Origin: Takakia lepidozioides
Lineage: Eukaryota; Plantae; Bryophyta
Reading direction: 5' to 3'
NCBI GenBank assembly: GCA_030704615.1
Contig: CM060732.1
Coordinates: 38,626,001-38,690,000, forward strand
Length of the DNA stretch: 64,000 nucleotides
Below, in pieces: positions 24,023-37,492 of this stretch. The notes under the pieces are model-generated. The model ran no database searches. It was not told the origin of the DNA and worked only from the letters and a program-made list of their open reading frames with translations. Made by a program: the position numbers and the translations under genes. The stretch's first letter is position 1; every line of letters begins with the position of its first letter.

Positions 24023-27000
24023 TAATCTGGTTAGTTCGCAGTATCGAGAAATTCATACAAAACGCTCACTTTGCTGTTAAATCTCAAACTGGAAATGCGA
24101 TGCATGGTCAGATCAGATCACAGCTTGGATGAAATTAAAATTCAACGATGCGCTTAGTGACCTGCTGTCGAGCTGACTCACTCTTGTAGCCAGCAAGATT
24201 TCTACGGGAAATTCGTGAGACACTTGAAAAATTACTTAGGAAATTGTCAAATTCCTGGCCTCATGGGACGCAGCTGTGAAGGTCAACATCCTACTGGGGA
24301 GTTTCCGAGGACAGTACTGTGACCTGTCACCCAACTAAAACCCACCTACATCTGGGCAGGTCTACCCTGTTCCGGAATTGGTTCGAAACTGCAAGGGAAA
24401 TCTGCAGACTGGGAAACCGAGTTCTGGACATTGCATCTGAAGCTAAAATATTCTCGTTGGCTCAGGAAACTGCAAAGGCAACGCTCCGGGGCTATCCGAA
24501 AGCGAATTTGAAAGCTTAGATTTCTCTCCCTCATCTTTCTCTATCCCACACACATGCTACATCCTGGCATTCAGCAACTTCGTCTTAATTTGAAACGAGT
24601 GGTTTATAGCACGTATGCAAAGCGCACAGTAGTGAAGGACTTTCTTCGAGAGAGAGATCAGTCCTATTGCTGTGGATTGTATATTCTAAAATTATTGGTA
24701 AGCTTTTCGTCCGCGTGTGGTGTTTTGAGAAACGTGAGATAATGGACTCCTGACTAGTACTGAGTCAAAAAGGATTCCGGCTTTACTTGACCCAAACCCA
24801 AATCTCCAGCAGTACCAGATTGATCGTGCAAACGGTGCCCAACTCAAGTAATCACGAGTATATGAAACCAACCCTTTCGAGATTGACGAGGTGAGGTTTG
24901 AGCATTGTGGCACACAGCGGCAGCCTGGGACCACCAATCACTTCTGACGCTAGCCGGCCTACTTAACAAGCTTGATACTTGTCGAGCTTTGGCTTGGCCA
25001 GGCATTTAAGGACAAACTTTCTAGCAGCATGTTTTTATGATGCAGGCTATCATCGCAGTCAGAAGATGTTTTGTTTTCAATCGCTGCCATATTGACTTCT
25101 GCATATTCTGTGGGGACCGCATGTGGGAAAGTGGGCCTTACATGTCAAAAGGACGAGCCAGCAGCGGCGCATGCAGTGAGCTGGCCGAGGATCGGAACTT
25201 GCAGTCAGGTTCACAGGACTCGAGTCCATCCTTGCTGATGGGCTCTCCTTTCCTTCCGCTTCTAATCCTTCCACTCATGGAAAGTTTGTATTCTGAAAGG
25301 ATCGATAGTCAAGAGTGGCGTAATCAAAGCTTAATCAGTCAAGACAAAACGACAGCGTAGTGATGCAAGATGATGTTATGTAGCAGTGATGCTGTCGGTT
25401 TTCGGTTTGGCTGGGGAAGTGTGAAGCTACTTTTGGTATCCGTGGCATATGCCCAAAACCACAGTGCCCAGAGCACAAGCCCGCATGGATGCAAGAGAAA
25501 GCCAGATCGCTCCGTCACACAGGAGCACCACCAGCGCACCGAGTCCCGTGTTATTAGACAAGTGTTAATTATTAAGTAAGGGCGCGAGTGCTTGGCGGCA
25601 TATTATCGCAGGTGACGTGGCCACCCTCGCTGTTGCCGAACGTAATTTGTGTTGAAGAGGAATTCTCTCCCGATGCAGCCTGGTTGGAGGTAATTCAGTA
25701 AGAGGTAAAGCCAGTGTTGGTCTGGTATCTTGAATTGGAAATACCACAAGGGTCCTGGACCCTGGTATGCAGTGCTGAATTTTTTTAAGGCAGGTAGGTT
25801 TTCCAATAATGCAGCCCCTGATTTTTTCAAGTATGAATCTGGTATGCATAGAGTGGTTTTTTTTAAAAATCAATCCGGATATGAGCAATGGTATTTGAAT
25901 GTCAATAACCTAGAAATATGAACTCAGATATAGTATTAAAAAATAAATAAATAAAATGGTACTAGTATTCAAATGGCCATTTGAATATTCAAGAAAACCA
26001 CAAGGGAAACTGCTCGTCTCATAGGATACCAACCACCATACAATTATACACTGAATCAGAATTGCATCCATAGTGCCTCATAAACGCTCCTAAACACATG
26101 AAACCCTGCATCCATAATGTCTATATGTGCATATTAACATGATACCCGAGCAGACCTACAGCAACGACTCGAGCCCTCGTAGGGGGCGGGGAAAGGAGAA
26201 CCCTAACCGCTGCTTGTTAGGGGTTGGGGGGCCGCCGGGGAACTTGAGAATCTTTTGGTAGGGTACTACAAATGTTTACGGAACAGAGAACAATATATAT
26301 ATATGACGCCAGCCGAAGCTAGCGTAAATAAGAGCCTCGTCACCGTGTGGGTACTGCCCCCTTTCGGGGGTAGGCTTTATGGTAATAAGAACCAGTTACT
26401 AAGCGGCAAGCTGGCCGCTTTCAATCTTTCCTTTGTTGAGAATAATGGCTGTTAGTGAAGTGATGGCCGTGAGGTGTAATGTTCGTAATAGGGGGGTGGT
26501 ATATTTATGAGGTAGTTTAAGGTTTTCTTTTAGGATTAGACTGTTGTGACAGTGAGCTCCCCCTCTCACACCAACGCTGATAATTGTCAGAGGGGCAGTG
26601 TTCCATCCATATTGACGGAGGGCTAGAACTAGGGGTTCGTATTTTTCACGTTTGAACATAATGGATTGGTCGGGATCTCTGTCATGACAGAAGACAAATT
26701 CAATTATGTGGGATAGTGAGGGAGGGGAGTGGCCCTGCTGGTGCTGCCGACGAGATGGGGAGTCCTTGGACAAAAAGAATATCTGGACATAATCTTGCTA
26801 GATAGAGGCATGGGTGATTAAAGCATGTACATGGTAGCAACCATGAAGATATTGTGTGGTCCGGTGGCCTATCTTGAAATGTGCCTGTATTAATGAGGTT
26901 GTACCATCTAATTTTAGGATGTGTGAGAAGAAGTTTATGGAGTTGCCAAACTCCTTGATTATATCAAGTAATGTGAAGTCCATGGATAATGGGATGTTTA

Positions 27001-27230
27001 CAATGGAGAAGTAGAGGGGGTTCAAGTGGGACATATTCCATGGCTAGTTCAATCTAGCAAGTGATATGCTTCCAATATAGCAGCCTAGTGGTCCATATAT
27101 GTAGGCAAGGCCAGCGTGGATCTGGATCTTTGGGTGGGTGCAGAGAATATCGATGTATGGGTTACACTCGTCTACGGAAATATGTAGGTTGGATACATTT
27201 TTTGGTGGGCTAATGAAACGTTTGTCAGAA

Positions 27231-27954
27231 TGTCACACACCTCACTTCGGTAAGCTCCCCTTCAAGTCATAGTTACTCGCTTTGATACGCGCGCCTAACT
27301 CCCAACCTGGCCCCCTGGCCAACTTGGAGCTTCGGCTGCTCACCGGGACATAACGGTCCTCCTTTACTCTTCCAAAAGACCCTCCACCAATTTGGGCCTA
27401 ATGGAAATTCCCTTTGGTAGATGGCAGTCCGGAATAGCTCCCCACTCCTTGGTCGCTTTCCGGCTCGCTCGCTTACTCACTAGTTTTTGGTCACCAACGG
27501 GCTTGCACCGTTCTCGGGGTTCCTACTCCCTATATATACTTCTGTGACTGTCCGCGGGAGTTTCACAAACAACCATGTCATTTTATGGCGAACCACCACG
27601 AAGACCCTCGACTCTCGGTGATGAGTCGCGGTGAGTCTTGGCCCACCCACCACGGCCCCATTGGACCGTGATGAGTCCCAAGACTCCCCACGACTCCCAC
27701 CACCAGGTCTCTACCCCATGGTGAGTCCTATGCCACCCCCACTAAGTCCTGCTAAGCTACCCCACCCCTTGTGGAGCCACCCCCACCGCAACCCGGTGTG
27801 TGGGGCTTCACCTAGTGAGCGTCTCCACCTCCTTGAGTGCATTGGGCACTCAAGGGTGCTTCAGCCCCCCGTACCTATCGCTGTCACTGCCCCCACCACA
27901 GGGGCAGCCCCTCCTGCGTCCCGACCCATGCCCTCAAGGCAAAGGGCCACGACA
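27231..27954 (-). repeat. 3' LTR
   Basis: Direct repeat of 33441-34165; about 13 differences in the first 180 bp or so, nearly all transitions. Confidence 0.93.
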
Positions 27955-30900
27955 CACACCCCTACCAACAGGGAGTCGATGTCCTTATCCATTTTGTAGA
28001 AACAAACATCCAAGTTGTGGCATCCCACATCAAGGAGTTTGTTTCCGTACCATGGTGTCCCATGGCAAAGAACCAAACCCCACACTTGACTCTACTCTCC
28101 ACTAGCTAGTTCGGCCGACTTCCTCCAAGTCTCAGCCAAGGGTGGAGCCTCTCAAGCCCCACCTAGTGCACTCTTCTTGGCCTACTTTAAGGTCAAAAAA
28201 CAATCGTCCCCGAGGATCGAATCGCCTTACTGCAACAACATTGCTTGCGACCGCTCATGATGCCGCTTTTGGCATCACCTTGAGCAAGGGTTCACCTTCA
28301 ACCCTTTTTTACTAGGAAGATAACCTTGAACCAACCGTGCACCCCAATCACTACAATTGGGTCCGTCTTGGAATGCTGGCCTAAGGTATGGGAACACGCC
28401 GAAACCGCACTACGACTTCGTCCCGAGGCTACACGATTATAGTACGTGAACGGAAGCACGTAGCTTCCGCGTTAGCCTGCACTACAAGGCAACCCCCTCG
28501 GTATCGCAGTTATAGTACACGCACGTGTCAGGTGCGCACTAGCACGTGAACTCCAAAAAAAAACGCAAGTTTCCTTGCCCCTTGGATGTGAGTCACCCGA
28601 TTTCAGCACTGCACAAACACACAATTAATCCAATTTACCTCTCCCACTTTTGTAAGCTAGCATGCATTCTACACACTAGCCAACCATACCATGCATCACC
28701 ATTCCAATCAAAATAGGAGGGCAACATTTAGAAACCATTTATAACAAAATTTGTACAACACAAGTTTTTGCAATCGGATTCCTGAGCTAGCTAAACCAGG
28801 CTAAGCATGCATTTCCTCCCCCACGATCCCAGGGTGATGTCCCCATCAACGCTTCTTCCGCTTTTGAGGTCGTCCTTCGAAAGCTGCAACCGCCTTGGAT
28901 GTGTTTTTCCCATTTCTAAGGCACGCACCCAAGCTGCCTCCACATGATGATAGCCCTTCCATTTCACGAGATACTCAGTTTCTCGATTCTTGAACCTCGT
29001 CGACTTAAAAACTGCCTCCACCTCGTACTCAAGTTCATTTTTATGATCCAACAGCACAGGTGGCGGACGCAACACTTGATGCCGATTCAGACGCGCTTCA
29101 TCTTTGAAGTAATGCTTCAAAAGGGAGACCTGGAATACCGGATACACCTTGCTGTTTGCCGGCAGCTCCAATTCATACACGTCCTCATTCATAACCTTCC
29201 GGATGCGAAAGGGTCCCGCATACGGAGGTATGAACTTCGGACTCACTTCCGGAGGTAGTCGAAAATTCTTGATGTTCAACCAGACCTCCATGTCTGCCTC
29301 AAACTTAACTTCCCTCCGCTTCCGATTTGCTTGCCGTTCATACCGTTTCCTAGCTTTGGCAATGTTGTACTTTGCCAGCTTCAACAAACGCTTACGTTCT
29401 TCCAGCACCGCCGCTGCTGCCGGTTCCTCAACGTCCTGGGCGGCCCAACTTGTCGGCACCAGAGGTGCTTTTCCATAGACCAATACGAAAGGGGAAACCC
29501 CCGTTACGGAGTGTTTTGTGTTATTATAACAGAACTCTGCCGCGTCCAAGTGTTCCACCCAGTCTGATTGGTCTGCCGACACGTAATTCCGCAAGAGTTG
29601 CTTCACCACAGAATTCACTCTTTTCGTTTGGCCGTCCGTCGTAGGTCAGAAGGCGGTGCTCATCTTGAGCCTCGTCCCCATCTTCTTCAAAAGTGCCCTC
29701 CAAAATTTACTCGTAAACTTTGGATCGCGGTCCGAGACAATATCCTTCGGGAGTCCATAATGCTTGAAGACGTGGGCGAAGTAAAGTCGTCTCGTCTCCT
29801 GCGCCGTTGTCATCTCTTTGGTGGGAATGAAATGGCCCATTTTACTGAACCTATCCACCACCACCATGATTGCATCGAATCCTTTTGACAGCGGCATAGC
29901 AGTCATGAAATCCATCGAGACACTTTCCCAAGACCCCTCTGGAATCGGCAAGGGTTGTAACAGCCCCGCTTGCTTTTTGTACTCGCTCCGGTTTTATTGG
30001 CATGTAGTGCATGTCTTGACATACTCCTCGACCTCCTCCCTTAACTTGGGTCAGAAATATTTTTTCTTCAAGAGTGTCGCGGTGCGTTTGGCTCCGCCGT
30101 GGTCCGCAAGCGGGCCATCGTGGCATTCTCTTAGGAGACTATCTCTGATCCCTCCCTTCGGCACGTGGAGACGCTTTTGCTTATACCGGAGCAGTCCATT
30201 TTGCAAGTGGAACTGCGATTTAACCCCCATCCTCAAGTCCCGCATCACGGACTTCGCCATCTCAACCTTCTGGTAAGCCTTCCAAATCTTCCTTTGGAAC
30301 GCCGTCTCGCCCCTATACACCAACATGAGTTGCTGCTTTCTACTTAAGGCATCGGCCACCACATTGTCCCGTCCCGGTTTGTACTTGATATCCACGTCGA
30401 ACACCGCCAAAGTATCTTGCCACCTAAGTTGTTTTGGGGACAACTTAGGCTGCGTGGAAAAATACTTCACTGTGACATTGTCCGTGAACACCTTCATCGG
30501 GTTGGAACCAACATAATGGCGCCAAAGCTCAAGGCAATGCACCGCCGCCTTCATTTCCTTCTCATGCGTAGGCCACCATCGCTCCACTTCATTCAGTTTC
30601 TTACTTTCGTAAGCCACTGGACGTCCATCCTGCATGAGTACGCCCCCTATTGCAAAGTCCGACACATCCGTATGAATCTCAAATGGACGGTCGAACTCCG
30701 GGATTTTTGAGGACTAGAGCTTCCGCCATCCGCTGCTTCAACTCGGTAAAAGCTTGGCCACAAAAGGTGTTCCATACCCAGACCTTGGATTTATACAGAA
30801 GGTCCGACAGCAGCCCCGCGATCTTGGCGAAATTTCTCACATACTTTCGGTAATACGAGACGAGTCCTATGAAGGACCGCACCCCCGGGACCGAAGTCGG

Positions 30901-33440
30901 AGGCTCCCAGTCCAAGATCGCCCTCACCTTTCTGTCATCCATTTTGATCCCATCCTGTGTAATCACATATCCTAGGAATTCAACCTTTGTGACCCCGAAT
31001 TCACACTTTGAAGCTTTGGCATACAGCTTCCCTTCCTGCAATCTGGAACACCCTTTTGAGGTGCTCCAGGTGCTCCAGGTGCTCCTCCTTTGTTTTTGAG
31101 TACACCAAGATGTCGTCGATGTACACGATCACAAAGTCATCCAACCACTCCTGGAAAAGGCTGTTCATTAGCGTGCTAAAGGTCGCGGGTGCATTGGTGA
31201 GCCCAAAAGGTATCACCAAGAACTCATACGAACCATATCTCGTCCTGCACGCGGTCTTCTCCTCATCTCCCTCCGCCATCTCGGATTTGATGGTAGCTCG
31301 AGCGCAAATCGATCCGGCTGAAATACTTCGCTTCTGCCAACCGGTCGAAGAGGTCGTCGATCATTGACAAAGGGTACCGGTTTTTTATAGTTACCTTATT
31401 CAGAGCCCTGTAATCGACACACATCCGCAGCGTCCCATCTTTCTTGTCTGCGAATAGCACCGGTGCTTCGTAGGGAGACTTACTCGGCCGGATCCCTTTG
31501 ACATTAGATCCTTGAGCTGAGTCTTCAGCTCGACCAACTCTTTGTGGCTCAATCGGTAGGGCGCTTGGCAGGCGGCTCCGATCTCGTATCACCTCAATCT
31601 TGTGGTCAACTCCCCTTCGCGGTGGCAAGCCGCTTGATAAATCCTCCGGTATCACATCCTGGTATTTCTCCAAGATCCCTCGATCCAATCTGGGCTTGGC
31701 TCTCCATCGCCTTCTCTTTTCACTTGTCTTACGTAAAGCAAAAACTGGGGCTCATGTGGCTCCTCCACGGCCCACTCCCTTGCTGACAGAAGGTTTATTC
31801 GCCCGGCATTTCCGACACCCGTAAAACTTCGTCACCATTCCCACACGGTAGCGTGACTACTCTCTTGCGGCCATCTATGACCGCTCCGGATTTGCTCAAA
31901 AAGGTCATCCCTAAAATGAGATCCACTCCATCGATCTCGCAAATGGTGAAGTTCTCACGTCCCTCCCAACTCCCCAGTTGAAGAGGAACATCGAACGCCA
32001 ACCTCGTCGCCAATTGTGGCCATCTATGACCGCTCCTTTGGCAGAACGCACCTCAATAGAGGCCCCCCACGTCACTTGTCGGGAGTCCCAGCTTCCATGC
32101 CATTGCCGGTGTCATGAAGGAGTGCGATACTCCTGTGTCCACCAACAACGACACGTTAGTTCCGGAAATTATCCCACTCACGAACAATAACTGACTCCCT
32201 TTACGCAGGGCGCCAGTTTCCTGATACAACTCACAAGAGTAGTTGCCACCACCGCTTCCACCAAGCGGCTGAAAGAATCTTTCGACAGCTCTGAGGTCGC
32301 CCGAGTCATGTTCAATTGTCGGGGTTTTGCGCACACCTAGCTATGTGCTCGGGCTCCCCGCAATTAAAGCACACTCCATCGAAGGTCGCCTTTTGTCCGC
32401 CATAAACCGTCGCACCTGATTTTCCTTTCGGAGCACCGGGTGTCGTCTTGGCGTGTGAAGGCCCTCAGTTTGATTTCCACGTGCCATTGTCGCCACGTGG
32501 CCTATCCCACTTCTTTTCCGGTCGAAAGGAGTCACCCCCCCCCCCTCCCGTCGGACCTTTTTGTCGTTCAGCTCCGTACGGCCTTGTCTTTCGCCCCTAG
32601 GGACATCCGAGAAACAGTCAGCCCTCTCAATTGCCTCGTTCAAAGTCTTAGGTGGCTTCTCCTCCAACTTTCGTTTGGCCTATAGGGCCAGTCCCGCCAC
32701 AAAGTTGAAAATCATTTCTAGTTCTACCATGTCCGGGACTTCGACCAACAGCAAATTGAAAGCCTGAACATATCCCCGAATGTCATCCGTTTGCTTCAAA
32801 TTCCTCATCTTGTCCCGGGCGAGCCAGGACGCGTTGAGGGGCACAAACTGTCTCTACATCAGTTCCTTGAACCCACTCCAATTCAAGGTTTCTGGGTTTG
32901 GACCTCGGTCGTGAAGGCGTTTCTGCCACAGCCCCTCAAATAGGTGGGAGCCACTTCCACACGATCCTCGTCACTCAACTTGGCCGCCCGGAAGTACTGC
33001 TCTAGCTCCAAGAGCCAAGTGTTGAGTGCCTTCCGATTTGGATGCCCACGAAGGTGTCGGGTTCCTTAGGCTTCACCTTAAACTTTGCCTTAGTGGAAGT
33101 GGCATTAGTCGCCTTCAACACGTCTTTCAACGTCCCGCCAAACTGCGCCAACAACCCTTCCCAAAAGGCTGCTGGCATAGGGGGCATCTGTTGGTCTGTC
33201 GGAGCTCTCAGGAATTCCTCGGGCTCTGACTCCTCAGATTCCTCCCATTCTTAAGCGGCCTCGTTTTCAAAAGCATGCATCGCTTCCTCAAATAGCCGCT
33301 TTGGTGACACATCGCCCCCATCGGGCTCACCAGGATCATCATCTTTCGGGCCGTTCCGCTTTCGCTTTGGCATGCCCGACCCCATGATGAGGCCGATCCC
33401 AAGGACGACCGCGTACTGAACTCTAAGCTTTGATATCAAG

Positions 33441-34165
33441 TGTCGCGCACCTCACTTTGGTAAGTTCCCTTTCAAGTCATAGTTACTCGCTTTGATGCGC
33501 GCGCCTAACTCCCAACCTGGCCCCCGGGCCAGCTTGGAGCTTCGGCTGCTCACCGAAACATAACGGTCCCCCTTTACTCTTCCAAAAGACCCTCCACCAA
33601 TTCGGGCCTAGTGGAAATTCCCTTTGGTAGATGGCAGTCCAGAATAGCTCCCCACTCCTTGGTAGCTTTCCGGCTCGCTCGTTTATTCACTAGTTTTTGG
33701 TCACCAACGGGCTTGCACCGTTCTCGGGGTTACTACTCCCTATATATACTTCTGTGACTGTCCGCGGGGGTTTCACAAACAACCATGCCATTTTATGGCG
33801 AACCACCATGAAGACCCTCGACTCCCGGTGATGAGTCGCGGTGGGTCTTGGCCCACCCACCACGGCCCCATTGGACCGTGATGAGTCCAAAGACTCCCCA
33901 CGACTCCCACCACCAGGTCTCCGCCCCATGGTGAGTCCTATGCCACCCCCACTAAGTCCCGCTAAGCTACCCCCACCCCTTGTGGAGCCACCCCCACCGC
34001 AACCCGGTGTGCGGGGCTCCACCTAGTGAGCGCCTCCACCTCCTTGAGTGCCTTGGGCACTCAAGGGTGCTTCAGCCCCCCGTACCTATCGCTGCCACTG
34101 CCCCCACCACAGAGGCAGCCCCTCCTACGTCCGGACCCCTGCCCTCAAGGCAAAGGGCCGCGACA
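33441..34165 (-). repeat. 5' LTR
   Basis: Adjacent to the PBS; TGTCGCG...CGCGACA termini. Confidence 0.93.
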
Positions 34166-35065
34166 CATAAACGTTTGTCAGAAGTTTGTAGTTCTGCAAT
34201 ATGCTGATTATGAATATGTGCTAAATAGTAAATGTTGGTTCTGCGGTAGTAATCAGCTATCATTTGGATATTGTGTTTCAATTGTTGTATTGATGGGTGA
34301 TCAAAGAGGGTGTCATTATGTTCCCAAGTGGCTTTCTTGTCGGGGTCACATTTCCATTTACACACTGCACGAGGCTCCATATTGGTCTACTCACATTTTT
34401 TTAACTATGCCTTGTATTTCTTCAAGCTCATAGTGGGGTTCCAGTAGGATTTGTACTGATTGGGTTGTGTCAGGTTGTTGTGGATCCGTTGTTTGGGCAG
34501 TTATAGATTGAGCGGCTTTTGGATGAGATATGGGGGCGACAAACAGTCTAGCAAGTTGGGGGCGTGTAGGTTGGGAGTGGTACTGAGATAGAAACTCGCA
34601 AGGATGATGGGACGAAGTCGCACAGTTTATGGGGCAATTATTTTGGCAGACGGTTGTGGGGTAGCAAAAAATGGTTTGTAGGTGACCTAAGTGGATATGT
34701 TGGGAACGAATTAATGGTCTAGGGTATTTAGGCGAAAAACGTGTGGGTTGATAAGCTTGGTTCCAGTTGCATCTGTTAGTTGCAAAATTGTAGATATATT
34801 GTACCGCATAAATAATTTTAGGGTGGTTTGTTTGTGGCGTCTACTATTTGGGTTAAAGAGGCATTGTTGTGGACTTGTATCCCATGCTATTTCTAGGGGT
34901 GAAGTGTGGAGTTGAATATTAGGTAGCAATGTGTTAATAGTAATATGCATGTGTTTGAGGATGTACAAGGTTATGAGGAGCGAGAGAACAGTAGGTTAGG
35001 TTAGGAGAGACCCCGGTTGATGCCCGGGTTGATACCCGGCGAAACCCAAATACTAGACCAACACT

Positions 35066-35175
35066 GGTAAAGCCCTCGCCCGAGGACTTTCCTGGATTTG
35101 AGGCGCCTGTCCCGAGGGCGGAGCCCGAGGGTAGGGGTCGAAAATCTAGGAAAGTCCAAGGGCGAGGGCTTTACC
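35066..35175. repeat. 110-bp inverted repeat/hairpin
   Basis: Arms GGTAAAGCCCTCGCCCgaGGACTTTCCTgGATTT and its reverse complement match at 31/34, with an inner GGGCGGAGCCC hairpin. Confidence 0.9.
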
Positions 35176-35469
35176 TTTCGTAAAAAATGAAGCTGCCCGT
35201 TTTTTAGACTGCTCGTTTCTCCTCTGCGTTGCCACTAGGGTTTCATTGTCACGTCATTGTAGCTCGCTGCCCAGTCTGAAATCGTCTGCCCAATATTAAG
35301 AGTAATAGATCCATAAAATATGCCAGCCTACCAGTGGACAGATTCCATAATCTGGGATTATAGCCCCTGTCCCGGGGCAAAAACCTGTAATCACTGCAAG
35401 GGAAAATTCATGTCAGGGAAGCCCTAATTTTAACAAAGCCAAAAAATCTGATTTTACGTCTCCACTTAA

Positions 35470-37492
35470 CCCTTAAGTGCCCGGCCACCACTTGAGGAAA
35501 AACCTAACTCTAGCCCACCAAAACATTTTTATCTAGAGAATTTCTGAGTATGTAAAACTGACCGTTCGAATACTTCCCACTTACCGCCCCACCTCCTACC
35601 ACAGAAAGTTTCATAAAAATCCAACCGCCAGATACAAAGGTAAAACTGTAGAGTGGGGACCAAAAACTTCGCTTCCCAAAATAATAGGTAGGTGCCAAAA
35701 CAACCAGTTTTTAGCTCACATCAGGGCAGTTTTGTTTTTTGTTTTTTGTTTTTTAGAGAGTCTCGGGAATTCAGTTCCCTACCTGATAACACATGTTTCC
35801 TGAAATTTTCAGTTTTTTCTAGTATGTTTTCAAGTGGGCTCCTTTGTAGTGACAAAATGGGGGGTCAAATTTACCCCTTTTCAAAATATCTCCTTATAAA
35901 TTTCTGCAAGACAATTAAGCCCTTCAATTCCTAATCCCTCTTGTGGGAGTGTTGTGGGCTTCCATAAGAAGTCCCCAAATTTTTTTGAGACCAATCAAAG
36001 CAAGACATAGGATTTTGGGTTCCATACCCGGGACTTCACATGGCACACCTACGTTATAGCCTACAGACTTATGATATTTGTTGCCATAGCCCCCCAGCGT
36101 ACTGGGTTTGGGAGCTCCTATGGCCACCCAGCCCCTCTTTTCATGGGGTTACACCCCACCCTCAACCTGGTGAAACTCCAGTCTAGGTTCGACCCACCCC
36201 TCAATTCAGGCGGTCCTACATGGCCTACCCTTCACAAGAAATACATCTCGGATTTTCAATCTTGTTGGAATGTTTTCAAACTAGACAGCATATTCGAAAC
36301 TTTGAATTTGAAAATGGTGAGCCGGGGATTTGTCTAAGTTCAAAACGTATGTGCTGTGTTTGCCAGATTTTGAGCCCTCTGAATTTTTTCTAAGTCCTTT
36401 GTATGATTTCAACATGTGGTGGAACCCCTTGAATTTTTCTGTCATTTGTTTCCTGTGAAGATGTGGAGTTACACCCCCTGAATTTTTCTAACTCCTTCGT
36501 AGTGTCTTTGTAATTGTTCTCACAACATATTTGTGCCATCATACGAATTCCAAGAGAAGAAAATGAGAGGTGAAGGAGAGAGTTGAGTTGGGATCTGGAA
36601 GGGGATCTCATAATGGAGGCAGCCAAAGTAACAGGGAGCGAGGGGTGGATTTGGGGGGGGGGGGTTGTAATTTTGCAACAAGCAGAGGCTCAGAAAGAGC
36701 ATGCATAAAAGAGACTATGGATTTTGGTAGTTTCAAGACTAAGATGTCATGGAGTGTTTAGAACAACAGTTGAGTTTTAAGCTTAGGATCGCCCGCTCTT
36801 TTGTGCCTCCAGTTGCAATCATTTTCTTCTACCTCAGCTAGAGACTTCCCATTGCGAGGAGATGGAGTATTTCCATGGATTTAGTTGGAAAGACGGGTGC
36901 CGAGGATGCCACTCTTGCCCCAGGAGAGATGAAAGTCTTGGAGTAATTGTTGCCCGCTGATCCGAAGCTTTGGAAAAAGCTGCATATATGGAGACCTAGG
37001 CCTTCAGTTATTAGGTCAAATTAGACAGTGACCTACCAGTAACCCTACTCATCCATAGCTTCTTGCATACCCCTTTGCTTCTTGGTAAGGGGGCAGTGTC
37101 CCGTTTTTCATCCTCCCTGGTTGTTTTCCGAGGTTATGACAACCAGCATGTAGCCCAGTGGTAATGGGCACATACCACGTTGGATGTGGTTGTGGGTTCA
37201 AACCACGGTCTGGTGTGTCATGAAGGTGTCCACCTTTCAGCCCTCATAAATATCAATATCAATATCATCAAAGCCTTATTTGAGGGTCCGGGTCTCAGCA
37301 TCAATATCAACTCGACACTTAACCGACGGATAGGTTACGGACCGGGTATTATCCAACAATGTACCCGGCGGGTCCGGGTCCACATACCCGCATTGATACC
37401 CATGTTGATACCCTCTACGTACCCAATACCCTCCCAAACACTCGTGTGTACCATTTTGGTGGCCCTCCAAAACTTAGCTGGTCGCTTAAGGG
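35470..37492. mobile_element. Non-autonomous piggyBac-like element (TTAA TSD, CCC..GGG termini)
   Basis: TTAA|CCCTTAAGTGCCCGGC ... GCTGGTCGCTTAAGGG|TTAA; TIRs match at 13/16; no transposase recognised. Confidence 0.65.
37142..37214 (+). other. Degenerate tRNA-like sequence (Pol III A/B boxes; SINE-head-like)
   Basis: A box TAGCCCAGTGG, D stem GCCC/GGGC, CACAT/ATGTG stem, B box GGTTCAAACC. Acceptor and anticodon geometry are not canonical. Confidence 0.4.

Larger units (their letters stand above)
27231..34165 (-). mobile_element. Ty3/gypsy chromovirus LTR retrotransposon, full structure but degenerate
   Basis: LTRs 27231-27954 and 33441-34165 (TG..CA). PBS TGATATCAAAGC (tRNA-iMet-like, 33438-33427); PPT next to 27955. 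Gag, protease LVDTG, RT YIDD, RNase H SDFAIGGVL, integrase with GPF and chromodomain YEVE..YLVKWKGY, in Ty3 order; many frameshifts. Confidence 0.95.
26157..35004 (-). mobile_element. Degenerate Dualen/RandI-like LINE relic (RLE-type C-terminus), split by the Ty3 element
   Basis: 26399-27050 reads CKHPIIHGLHIT*YNQ (RHN-like), WLLPCTC..ARLCPDILFVQG..IIEFVFCHDR..GVRGG..LH..LNKGK (PD..E nuclease). The frame continues across the LTR element (AELQTSDKR|FISPP) into 34166-34980. Outer boundaries approximate. Confidence 0.6.
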
